A DNA stretch of 64,000 nucleotides from Paraspadella gotoi. Taxonomy: Eukaryota > Animalia > Chaetognatha. The stretch covers positions 7,323,773 to 7,387,772 of the forward strand of contig CM119270.1 in assembly GCA_051294375.1 (NCBI GenBank), given 5' to 3'. This document shows, piece by piece, positions 20,681-33,165 of the stretch. The translations under genes were made by a program, and so were the position numbers. The notes beneath the pieces are model-generated. The model worked only from the letters and a program-made list of their open reading frames with translations, was not told where the DNA came from and made no database searches. The first letter of the stretch is position 1; every line of letters begins with the position of its first letter.

Positions 20681-21511
20681 TCAATTATAAATTGGCAATT
20701 AGTTTTTTTTGTTTTTTCGTGTTTTGTTTCGAGAAGATAAGAGGAGAATCGAATTTGAACGAGAGGGGTTTCGATGGAAATAGTTCAGTATCGCTGTATC
20801 TGTATGTATTCCAGGCCTCGAAAGCCAAACAGTTTTGGTAATCGTGGCATATGACGTCAATTTTTGTGAATTCTAAAAGATCTGTGACAATGGAGATGTT
20901 GAGATGATTTTTTAGTGATTGGTACCCGAGTACCCGTGTACCTTCTTAGTATTCAGTTGGAAACCGTGTGCGTGAGAACTTCTCTCGTAAAAAAATTGAA
21001 ATGATTAAATGCGGGTTTGAAAATTTAATTCTTCCACAGCCAGTATTAGAAATTAATTGATTTTCGCCCTACATGTATATTGTATAATGACTTATTAGTG
21101 AGGAATCGTAATGTACGTACAGTTACTATATATGAAAGTTCGTTCGAAATACCGACGTTTTGATTTTTATCCTTCTTTCGCGCGCGAGCAGTTTAGGCTT
21201 TTCGATGGTGTTTGCGAAGGCTTTGTCGATCCCACTCGTGCGTGGGCGTTGGCGCGAAAATTCGAATGGAAAAAACGATAAGATTGACGTCGGCGTCGTC
21301 GTTGTTGTCGTTTCTTTCCAGAAATGTCTTCTTGACGGTTCCATCGTGAAAGGTTAAGGCGAATGCGTTGGTTTAGAAGATGTACTAAAGATGTACTAAA
21401 GTTTTAGGGGAGGGAGAGCAAAAAGAGATTCACAGACAGAGAGGGAATATAAAATCTTTCATAAAATTATACGTATATATAACTTCCAACAAGAACAAAC
21501 AAAAGAGATGG

Positions 21512-21742
21512 TTGTGGCGGCATATTCACACTGCTTCACATCCACCAAAGGGAAACGCACCATCCCAAGTGTTACGTTCCATCCATAGTCCAAACGACTT
21601 CCCTCTGCGTTGGCAAAGCGAGACGGTCCTAGGGTAACCGCGCCAGTGACAGGAGGCGTCACAGATTGTCGGAAGCCTCCAAAGCCAACAGTGAGATGCC
21701 CCATCCCAATGGGCATCACAGGAAACCCGGCTTTTGCCATAG
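21512..21742 (+). mobile_element. Structured SINE-like repeat, copy B (best twister-like core)
   Basis: Collinear with the reverse complements of 32365-32598 and 25004-25182, and with copy A. Contains GTTGGC/GCCAAC, TAACCGCGCC, GTGAC/GTCAC and GTCGGAAGCC. Confidence 0.8.
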
Positions 21743-22535
21743 GGTCTTCTTTGTATCAGTGAGGGAATTCCAACAATTTTTCGAGAGCGAATGTTATGTA
21801 AATATAATTACTACATAATTGATAAATAAGATATTTATTATTTGAAATATTCTCATCTTTACGCGAAGAAAAATTGAAGGACTCGCTTTTTCACGTCGTG
21901 AATTCGTAACGTGAAGAATGAAACATTAATCTTCGTTTATTTTTTGCGTGGGAGGACAATCAAAGGAAGAAAAAAGGAAAGGGAGGAAATAAAAGTAAAG
22001 AAAGAACAAGAAACGGAAGTTTCAATGAGTTGCGCCGCGTTTACTTTCTTATTATATACAATATTTTTTTCATAATTAATTGATTATAATAAGTGTTTAA
22101 TAATATTTCACATTTTTGCAAAGTAATAAAATTAACTAAAATGAATCAATATCACATAACTTTTTTTTTATGATTACCTGATTAAACATGATTAAGCATC
22201 TTATTGTATAGCTTCATTAGTTTTAACAAAGTGTTAATAAAAATGATTTAGTGTTATTAAAGTATATGGGTATTTTTAATAACAGTATGATAAACCGAGG
22301 AAAACATTGACCGACCAACCGAATGACACCCAAGTGTCTTAAAAAGTTTTTTTTGCGAGTACTAGCGGCGCAACTAAAAAGACCGCAAAACAATTGAAGT
22401 GCAGAATGAGAGAGAGAGAGAGACAGACAGAAAGAAAGAGAGAGAGAGTCAGAACGAGAGCGAGAGGAAGCAGAATGATCTCGGCTGTCGCCGCCCGGGG
22501 GAAATATTCTCGCGGTCGGCGAGACGCCCACGCAA

Positions 22536-22593
<58 letters not shown>

Positions 22594-22901
22594 GAGTGTT
22601 TCCACTACCTGCAGAAGTGTAGAATAAACCTTTCTGTTTCCCTTGTTTTCTCCTCGCCTCCCTGTAACACATCGTCCTCCATATACTTTTTCATAATATC
22701 TATTTCCAGATATCTTTATTCACTAAATACTGAAAATTTCCATTCCCTTGTTGCTACGTTATTCATCTTAAAAAAATCCAATAGCCCCCATAGTTTTCGC
22801 TAGTAGCTTTTTCTGAACATCTTAAAAGGATTTATCAACCAAGACGCTTCTGCCTTCTGTTAAGCGTCGTCGTCATCGTCGCTGTCATCGTCGTCGACGC
22901 G

Positions 22902-25900
22902 ATGAAAAGAGAAATCACTGGACTGATAGGTAAGTTCAAAGGTAATAAGTAATGAGTGAAATAAAGTGAGGATCACGTGAAGAGAGGGAAGTAAGCGGTT
23001 GCAATGCACGAGTAGATAGACTGACAAGAAAAGAACGTTGCCTAGCAATTATATTATTTGCACGTGGTTGTATTTCACGATTTCACGATGTGAAAAAAAT
23101 GTTTAATTATTATCTCATACTACCTTCTTTTTGGGTCAAGTAGTATTCTCAAAAAAAATGAAGCATTTCGAGAGTTTTTAAAGCAGTGACGTTACTTTTA
23201 AGTATTCACATAATCGAACCAGACACAGGTATTAGTTTGCTGTCTAACAAGAATTAACTAAACATTTCATAAGTTAAGCGCATTTAATTTCATAGAGAGC
23301 TAAAAATAGGATAGGAAGAAGAGACTTGGGATATTGAAAAACGCTTTAAAGGAAACAAGGACGAGAAAGAAAACGTTAAAAAAAAACTCTTAACCTCCCC
23401 AACCTCCAATCCCCAACCCCCAATCCCCACAGTCCTCCTATTCCTCCCTTCCTCCATCCCTTCCTCCGATATCATCTCTCTTTTCCTCGACGACGTCCGT
23501 GGATCCCTCCTCTTCCCCTCCTCTTCCTCCTCAATCCCTTCCACGCGCCTCCCCGACGAAAGGACGCCCGGAGACGTTCTCACTTCCGATCTGGACCCCG
23601 AGGCTCTGGGCGTGGCGCTGAGTGGGCCGTTCGGGCTGGCGGCGAAATTGACGCACGCGGCGAAGCTTCTCGAGCATTTCGGGAGACACGTCGAGCTTAG
23701 TTGGCAAGAAGGTGTTGGTGGTGGGGGGGGGTTGCATTATCGGTTGGAGAAGGTTGTTGTTGAAAAAGGGTTAAAGTTTAAACCTAATTTAGGATAAATT
23801 TCGGAATAGTAGTAGTCGATTTACCAAAAAAAACAAAAAAAAAAAACAAAAACAAAACAAAAAAAAACATAAAGCTCTGAGCGATAAATCGAAAAAACAT
23901 CTTCACGCCTTCACAATTGCTACGACACGCGACTGGCTGACGGTAAACTTGATTTAGTATAAGTCTGTAGTTTAAGAGTATGTCAGTCATAGTATTATTG
24001 CTATTCTGTAAACCACGAGGCGATCTCGCATTTCTGAAACTATTTTTAAGGTCCAACCGCAAGTCGGAGCTGTTGCGACGTATCTCTTTACGCAAGCCAT
24101 TCCCCAAGTAACGCCTCCGACAGCCTCTACGACGACGACTCCAGCGAAGACATCCGCTCCAGAGGCAACTTCTTTGGCGGCTCCACCAACGACGCTTGGC
24201 CCTACGAGTTTATATCGGGCTCCTGCGTCGTTCACTCTTTCGTCGAGAACAGACGTCGCCTGGCATACGGCAGCCTGGACATGAAGGTGGTGGACGGGGT
24301 GTTTGGCGGGTTCGATGGATGATGATGCTGCTGTCGTAGTGGCTGATGTTCTTGTGGTTCTTCTTCTTCGTTTTTTCGTTATGTTGAAAATTTTCATTAA
24401 CTCTTTGTTTACATTTTGAGATAAGGTATTTCTATTTGTTTTTTAATTACACTTCCTTTATGTTTTAAAATGAATAAGTTATTGCCGTTAGTTTAATATA
24501 AATACTCATTTGTTTTTTCAGGGATTTAAAATGGGGGACGAGACGCACGAGCAGCGCCTCTCGCGGTCGAGTTTTTACTTTGTCCCCGACGCCGTCAACG
24601 TAATCTGGACATATCCGGCCGTCAATCTGCTCTTCCGGAGGTTGTGAAAGACGCTGTTGGGAGAGTGTGTGATCGTGGCAAACCGTGATTAAACTAAACG
24701 AATGACCCCGTAGTTTGTTCATCGCAATTGACAGACAAGAATGAATGTGAACCATTGGTGCGCGGGAATATAAAAGGCTGACGATAATATAATATAATAT
24801 AATATAATAAAAAATTAATAAGGCTGACGATAACTGGAAATTGATTTATGATTTTAGGATAAAACTGTGTCAAGATTTTCGAACGAAGATGAAAATAGAG
24901 AAACCCGGCTTTAGCTCCTCCGAAATCTCACCCCATCAAATGGCCTTCTATACGCTCGTGAGGTTTTTTGACTGTTTATTTTGTTTAATGTGGAATAATT
25001 CTTGGGGATTCTCACCTGTAAGCGATAGGAGCTTTGGACCCTAAGTGGCACCGCTTGCCGCTGGCGCGGTTTTATTAGTACCGTCAAATTTTGCTACCGC
25101 AATGAAAAGTCATTAGGACCATTGCGATGGTGCGTTCTCCCGGTTTGCCACTGAGATTGCCTGATGTGGTGACGCCGCCAAAACATCTGACTTTTCAAGA
25201 AACCTTCACTCAATCTTAAAAGAACTTTCCGTGCAAAAAAAAAAATAAATAAATTAGGCTTTCAGTAATGATAGTCATAACTTCATAAGGTCATAGGCAA
25301 TTTTTTTATTTATGAAATTGGTACAACCAATATAAAAATGTTTATTCATTTAATAAATAAGCTATCTTGCCCCTGACTTACTTAGGACCTCGTATCTCTC
25401 TCGGCTTTCGCCCATTTAACTTTTTTCTTTGTGATTTCCTTTTCACCTTGGCCGACGCTTTACCCCCCCCCCATCCGCCCGCCACTCAAACCAAAACCAA
25501 AACCGAAGGCGGAGTTGCGGACGTCGGCCAAATCGTCGGCCAGAGATTCTCTGCAAAAAATTGGGAAAGTGGTCACCTTAGCCAAGAGAGTGAAGAAAGG
25601 GGTAAGGGGGAGGGACCGGGTGGGTCCTTACCATGGGTGGGTGCGAGAAAGAGAGGCGCATCAGGAGACCGACCTTTCTTTCTTTGAAGCGTGACATTAA
25701 TCGAGAACTATATTTTATTACTTGAGTAATATTTCCAACGTATTAACTTTTTAACGCAGAAAATAATTACGGGACAAAAAGAAGAACAAAAAATAATATT
25801 ATCTCAATCAATAAATTTTATTGTGGGGTTAAGTTCTCTCTTTGCCGATTTGCTTTAAAGAATTGCTGTCATCGCTGTTTATTAATATTATGAAGATCAA

Positions 25901-27801
25901 ATTAAATTAAATTGTTTCGTGTTCTTTTGTTTTCAGGTCGTCGCGGTCGACGTCCCACTCTCAAGTCTCGACAAAGGTTTCTCTTCTTTAATTTTTTTAA
26001 ATTTCTCATTAATATTATTAACATTCATTGGAAGTAATTAAAAATAATTTCGTCGATCGATAAAGTTCATTCATCGAAATATTCAACGGAAAATCATTCG
26101 CCAAAATCTAATTCTCAGGCTTCTACGTGGAAAAGAAAAACGGAGACAAAGTCGGCAACGACAGCGACGACGACGACAACAACTCAGACATGAACAACAA
26201 CACCAATGAAATTCTTCTTCCGTCCGCATTTCTTTCGCCGACTTCCTTCGCCGCCGTCGACCCAAAAGACGGACAAAAGAACATCTTCGGAGTTTTGTAC
26301 TCTTGTCAGGAGTTGCCGCAGGGTAAATACTATTGTGGAGCGGGAAGTGGCAGAGTTACTATTGAATAATCACGTTAAACGTTACTCTTAATTTAACTTA
26401 TCTTTGAATTGGAATGATTCATGAATCGATCGGTATGTATATAAAACATAATATCCTATTCTTTGAAACTATACATTCTGCTTTCCATGACTGATCGATT
26501 AATCGTTTGCCGAATTATCTTTGTTACGACATTAGTCAATTTTGAACATTGTTTTATGTAGTTATTTTATTATTTTTTCTTCTCTCTCTTCTTCTCATTA
26601 CTTATTTTTTTTATAAACTAAAAATATCTGTCTTTTTGTTTTGTCTTTGTATGAAATTAACGATGTTGCATTCGAAAAAAAAACCGCTTATAATTTCTAA
26701 AATCTTTTTGGGATGCACCTTTGAATAAACGAAGTGACGAATCGCCTGATCATTCGATCGATCGATCGATCGATTGATTGATCGATTGATTGCTCTTTTT
26801 TTCCCCCCGAGGAATTCAACGAACGATTCTCGCCTCTTCTCTCCTTCCAATTCCGTCCATTGACGCGACTCGTCAATTTCCGCTCAAGTTTCAAGATTTG
26901 AACGAAAAATTCGTTGGGAATTTAAAATCGATCGTGGATGTGGATCGGAACTGCGGGATCAATACAACCATGGCGTGAGAACTCATAGATTATTCAATCA
27001 ATCTATTAATCAATAATATTTGATCAAACAATGGCTACGCCGAAAAAATTTTTAATAAATGAATGTTGAAATTGATACAAATTTTTTTTAATCAATCGCT
27101 CGAAAAATTCTGACTTTTAACTTATCAATCAAATAATCAATCAATCAATTAAGCAATCAATCCGTCAATCAATCAATCATAAATTCGTCAATCAATCAAT
27201 CATAAATTCGTCAATCAATCAATAAATCCGATAATCAATAAATCCGTTAATCAGTCAATCAATAAATCCGTCAATGAAGCAATGAATCAATCAATCAATC
27301 AATCCATAACCCACTCAATCGAAGAAATCACCCATTGTCCGATCCGACCTCTCGTTCCAGATTCGACGTTTTCTTTTCTTCTCGCCCCTACCGCCTTTTC
27401 CTCCATCCCATCTTCCTCCCACGTTCCTCCTCCTCCACCGCCACCATCACTTCTCCCACCTCCACCCCGCTGCTCGCCATTTACGCCTTGGCCCTCGCCG
27501 CGGATCTCTTCTCCCCCGGTCCTCACTGGGCGTTGAATCGCGTCGACGAAGCGTCGAAGTTGGCGTCGATCACGCGAGAGGTCGTTGTCGTTGTCGTCGT
27601 CGTTGTCGTTGTCGTCGTCGTCGTCGTTGTCGTTGTCGTTGTCGTCGTCGTTGTCGTTCGACTTTGTCGTAGATTTTAATACAAATGGCAGCGTAGTGAT
27701 TAGTTCAACTATTTGCTACTTCCCTCATATTTGACTCGGTTGCGTTTTTTTTTTTTGCCTGCTTTAAATTTGTCTAACTTATGGTAAAAATGACAAATAA
27801 A

Positions 27802-27888
<87 letters not shown>

Positions 27889-30800
27889 AGAGAGAGAGAG
27901 AGAGGTCATAATGCATGAACACAGAAAGGGCTAAGCCCTGGCCCCCCGCACCCGCACATCAACCAGTTTTGTTTTTGTTTTTTTTATTTCGAAAAGATTT
28001 AGATAATTTTTAAAAAGGGCATTTTAAGAAGGGTATTTTAAGAAGGGCATTGCAGGCGCCCGTCTTGACTTAGTTTCAAAGGTCCTCATTATTACTCTGG
28101 CCAGTTGCCAGTTGCCAGTTGCCAGTCCCGCACTCCATACGACGGTTTTTATTGAAATTTAATTCGACTTTTCGTATGTCTCCTATTCTGCTAAATATTC
28201 AAAATCTAATTTAATTCTAAATTAACCCGTGCGTACGAGTTTTTTTGTGATAATTAATTGGATACAATAATCACCCGCAGGCCGAAAACAACAAAGGCTT
28301 TTGCGGGTTCTTCGGTCATCGAGCGAGGATGAAGATGATGGGCGCCGGGTTGAGCGGACGAGCGGTGGACGGACACGCCAAGCGATGTTTCGAAAAGTCG
28401 GTTTGATGATTTCATTCTTGATTTCATTATTAATTTATTTTTTTTAAATTCAATTATTTGAATTATTTATCCTCTACAGACCGTACTTCGGTGGTCGGCC
28501 TTTGTTTCCCGATGTCTCTCTCCTTAATTTCTTTCGCATCGAAAAGCATACGGATCTCTCTTCTATTAAGGTCGGTGATTGTGCAATTGATCCGTGAGTG
28601 GGTTCTATTTGAATCTTCTTTGCCTTCCTTCTCCCTTTCCTACTATCTTTCCTCTCCTTTCTCACTTTCCTTTTTTCTATCTTCTCATTCGCTTTCATCT
28701 TTTCTATTCTCTCCTTTCTCTCCTTTCTCTCCTTTCTCTCTTTCCTCCTTGCTCTCCTTCCTCCCCTTCCTCCCCTTCTTCTTTTCTATCCTCTCTTCGT
28801 TTTCCTCTTTTCTCTCCTCTCTTTCCTCTCGTTCTTTCTTTCTCTCCTCTCCTTCCTCTCTTTTCTCCTTCCTCACCTTCCTCTCTTTCCTCCTTTTTCT
28901 CCTCTCCTTCCTCCTTTTTTCCCTCCCATTCCTCCACTCGCGCCCCCAGGCCATCCTCGATCTGCGACGCTCCTCCGACTCGATGGAATCCCTCGTCGAC
29001 GTCTGCCACCCTCAAGAGCAACGGAACTTCCAGGCGACGCGACTCTCGACGAGCGAATTGGCGACAATCGTGGAGGCGCTCGTCGTCGGGAATATAGTGG
29101 AGGCGTCTTGGGAGAAATCGGAACGAGACCGGTTGAGGTGAGGCAAATTGAGGAGGTGACCGGGGGGGGGAGAGAAACCTGGAGTAAAAAGAAAAAGACG
29201 TTACGTTTTTTTTTTTTTATTTGATTTGTTTTTCTTTGTCAATAAAATTTGTCATCTTTTATCATTAAATTCCTCGTTATTTGTCGTGAATTTGTCGTAA
29301 TTTGTTATGATATTTGTCAATTAGTGTCATAAACATTATAATATGGTAAAAAAAAAAGAATTAGTGTTTATTTTTCAATAAATTTGTTAATTTTTGTCAC
29401 GAAATCTTGTTGGACCTCGAGGTGATCCTTCGTCTCTTCGCTTCGCCCTCTGGCGTCGTCCTCCACGATCCCTTCGTCCCCGTCAACTCCATCCAGGATT
29501 TGGAAGAGTCGGACTGGTTCGTGGACACCATGACTGACACCAAACGAACTGACGTCTTGAGGTGATGAAAGGAACGAATTTCCAAAGTAGTTGTCACAAT
29601 TTCATGACAGTCGGCTCTTTGTGTTTTGAAGTTAGTGCCAAGTACAATAGCGTATTCTACGATCTAATATTTAATGTATTATCTTATAGGTAAGACATGT
29701 ACGTCTTGAGAGTCTTGATTAAAAGCTTTCAGGGTCCAGCAATCTTAGAGGCCTTATAGCTTATTTATAGCTTTTTTATTGAATGAATGAAACATTTTAA
29801 TATTGGTTGTACAGAATAAAGAATATCAATAATGTTAATAATAAAATGGTGAGTCGGCGAATCTGGCATGTCATCCATCCTTACCTCACCTTAATTCCCC
29901 CTCCTCTCAGAATTTACCCACCCCGCAAGCTTTTCAAAGAGTGCAACGACTTCGTCGCTTCTCAATGCCTCACCGTCGTGCCATTAGCTCTTCCAGTCTT
30001 CAAGGTAAGGTCAAGCAGGATTGCTTCTGTGAATGAGATACTGAGTTAGAGGAACAGGTCTTGACTTCTAACATTTAGATTTATAACCTGTTGTTTAGTA
30101 GTTTATAATAGAGCAAGTAAAGCACTAAAACCCATACCAGTTGGTTTAGCTTTATTAGTTTTCGATTTCGCTGTGAGGATTTAGGTTTCTTCTCTTTCGA
30201 TTAACTGTTATCATAAGGAAGGAACTTTTGATTCTATTTTTTCTATTTTATTCTATCTTCTATCTTCTATGTACATTCTATATTTTTTTTCAATTTCATT
30301 CTATCTTCTATCTTCTAATTACATTTTATATTTTCTATTTCATTCTATCTTCTATTTACATTCTAATTTTCTATTTCATTCTATCTTCTATCTTCTATTT
30401 ACATTCCATTTTTTCTATTTTATTCTATCTTCTCTTCCGCAAATCCCCAAAAAATTATTTTCGTTTGGAATCGTAAAAACCGCCACCGTCCGAATGACCG
30501 TGTTTATAAAAAAAAAAAATTCTCTTTTCCGCTCCTTCCCCCCCAACATTTTCCATCGCCGTTCCACCCCAACTCCCACGCTCCCTCGACCGCTCCTTTC
30601 AACACCCCCAAAGGGGAAGATTCGCCTCGGCGTCGTCGCCGCCTTCGTCCGCGTCGAAACATTTGTCTCCCTCGTCAGCGAGTGCGACAGACCGACCGGA
30701 AAGAGATGCAGTTTGGTCACCGGAAACGCCTTCCTCGTCGCCAGTGAAAATTGGGTGAGAGAGGAGAGAGGGGGAGGGGGAGGGTGGTCGTTGTTGTCGA

Positions 30801-31764
30801 CGTCTTTGTCACCATCATCGTCGTCATCGTCGTCGTGGTCGTGGTCGTCGTCGTCTTTGTCGTCGTCCTCGTATTGTTCATCACGGCGAAAACCTGCATA
30901 AAGAAAGAAAGAAACATAGACCATTTTTCAATTAATATATATATTAATAAATAACTCTTTATTCCTGGCGCCCCCTTTCGCCCCTCGGAATATCGCAGAC
31001 TTCCCAGGTCATGTGGAAAAGAGGGCCACGAGTCGATGTCAAGTCTTTGAAGATGAGGTGTCCCGAAAAGAACTGGACCTCGGAATCCATTTGTCGCTCG
31101 ACTTTCTTGGATCAGGTTATTTTTATTTAGATGATCAACCGACCCCACCCTTCCAAAAAAAAAAAAAAAAGAACATCTTCCTCATTCCTTTATATTGCTT
31201 AATCATTAGCCCGCCCCCCCTCATCCCTATTTCTTCCTCATCCCGACCGTCAACCCGCTTCGACGTTTCCCTACCAGGAGTTTTCCCTGACCTCGATCCA
31301 CCCGACCCCTATCGGGAGAAGCGAGAAGCTCGACGTGACTCGACTAGCGACGCCGACGACGGAGACTGACGCGTTCCTCGTCCAGTCCGAGTCGCCGCTT
31401 CCCATCGTCGACGGAAGAAATCCGCCCCTCAATTCGTCGAGTCGGATGGAAAGAGGAAGAGGCGAGAGAGAGATGGTTTGATTGATATTGATTGATAGGT
31501 TTGACAGATCGATCGACTGATTGGTTGTTTTTATTCCATCGGAGTGTTTTTTTTTTTTATCGATGAATTTATCGATTTATTAATTAAGATGTATCGATAA
31601 TTTAGATTGATTGGTTTTTTTTATATTTATTTTGAATATTTATTGATTGAGAGTGTGAATATTTGAAACAAGAAATGAACTATTAATTGAAACAATCAAT
31701 ACATAAAATGTTAATATTGTTTCCTCGTTTTTATCTTTCAAGATTTATTCATCTCATTCAATAC

Positions 31765-31804
<40 letters not shown>

Positions 31805-32681
31805 CGGATTTATGTAGCGTTCAACTTCCTCTCCCTCCGTCAGTTCTTCTCGCCCCCGAATGTCCCGAGTCCCTCGTCCGCTTCGTCGTTCCACAGCGCC
31901 GCTTCAGCCTCAGCGTCGCAGATTTCCGTCCGTCGGCGCCGCAGCGTGACGCCGACTCCTGCGATGCAGACGTCGACTCTGTCTGTCGCAGCGTGGCTCG
32001 CGATTCGCGCCGCTGCGCCAGGATGGGGCTGTGCGAGATGTGCCAGGGAGCGTGCCCGCCGTGAGTGCGGGAGGGGTGGGGGATTTTTGGTCTGGGGTTG
32101 TGGGAGGATGAGGCCAGAGTCTAGATTGCGACATATTAAGAGTTTTGACATTGATTGAAAAGGACAGAGAGAATAAGAGAGGAGAGAAGAGAAAAGGCAA
32201 AAAGAGACAGGACCTGGCTAATTTGCGAATAAAGGGCGAGAAAAGTAAATAAAAGTAAAAATGAAAAAAATTTAGGCGAATAAAAGACAGGAGAAAACAA
32301 CAAATTTATTTATATAGACTAACGAAGATCGTTGCTGCGCCAATTTTTTTATTATATTATAATAATGGCCAGGTTGCCTGTGATGCTCATTAGGAGGGGA
32401 CATCTCGCTGATGGCTATAGGGGCTTCCGACCATCAGTGGCGGCGCCTGCCTTTGGCGCGGTTTACCCTATGACGAAGAGGGAAGTCTTTAGGACTATGG
32501 ATGGAATGTAACGCTTAGGATGGTGCATTCCCCCTCTGAGCCAATGGGATAGACTGAATGAAGCTGGAGGCGAGGCGGTGCAAATATACCACCACAATGT
32601 ATCATTTAACATGATATAAATATATAAAATGTAGTTAATGTCCACGTTCGACGATCGATTCAGTCATATATAAAATGTTCA

Positions 32682-32721
<40 letters not shown>

Positions 32722-32902
32722 TCAGTCATATATAAAATGTAGTTAATGTCCACGTTCGACGATCGATTCAGTCATGTGGCCGAATGCGACGATTCCGTGT
32801 CTGGATCAAACTGCAGCGCCTTCACCTTTTGTCCTTTCGGGTCGCAGAAGCCTCAGCCTTTCTTGGCCAGCGTGGATAGAACCTTTGATTTTAGTGAGAG
32901 AG

Positions 32903-32973
<71 letters not shown>

Positions 32974-32981
32974 GAGAGAAG

Positions 32982-33057
<76 letters not shown>

Positions 33058-33102
33058 TAGATAGATAGAGAGAGAGAGAGATAAATAGATAGATAAATAG
33101 AT

Positions 33103-33165
<63 letters not shown>

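Noticed and set aside
27120-27305. CRISPR-like regular repeats
   Set aside because: Simple ATCA-based tandem repeat with no unique spacers, in a eukaryotic intron.
28458-29141. Long hydrophobic ORFs such as the 227-aa, 210-aa (30269) and 178-aa (54460) ORFs
   Set aside because: They are translations of pyrimidine-rich intronic repeats; only their 3' parts, where present, are real exons.
32575-32598. Hairpin-ribozyme-like GTGGTATATT in copy D
   Set aside because: Not conserved in the other copies, and helix 3 and the N^GUC site could not be formed.
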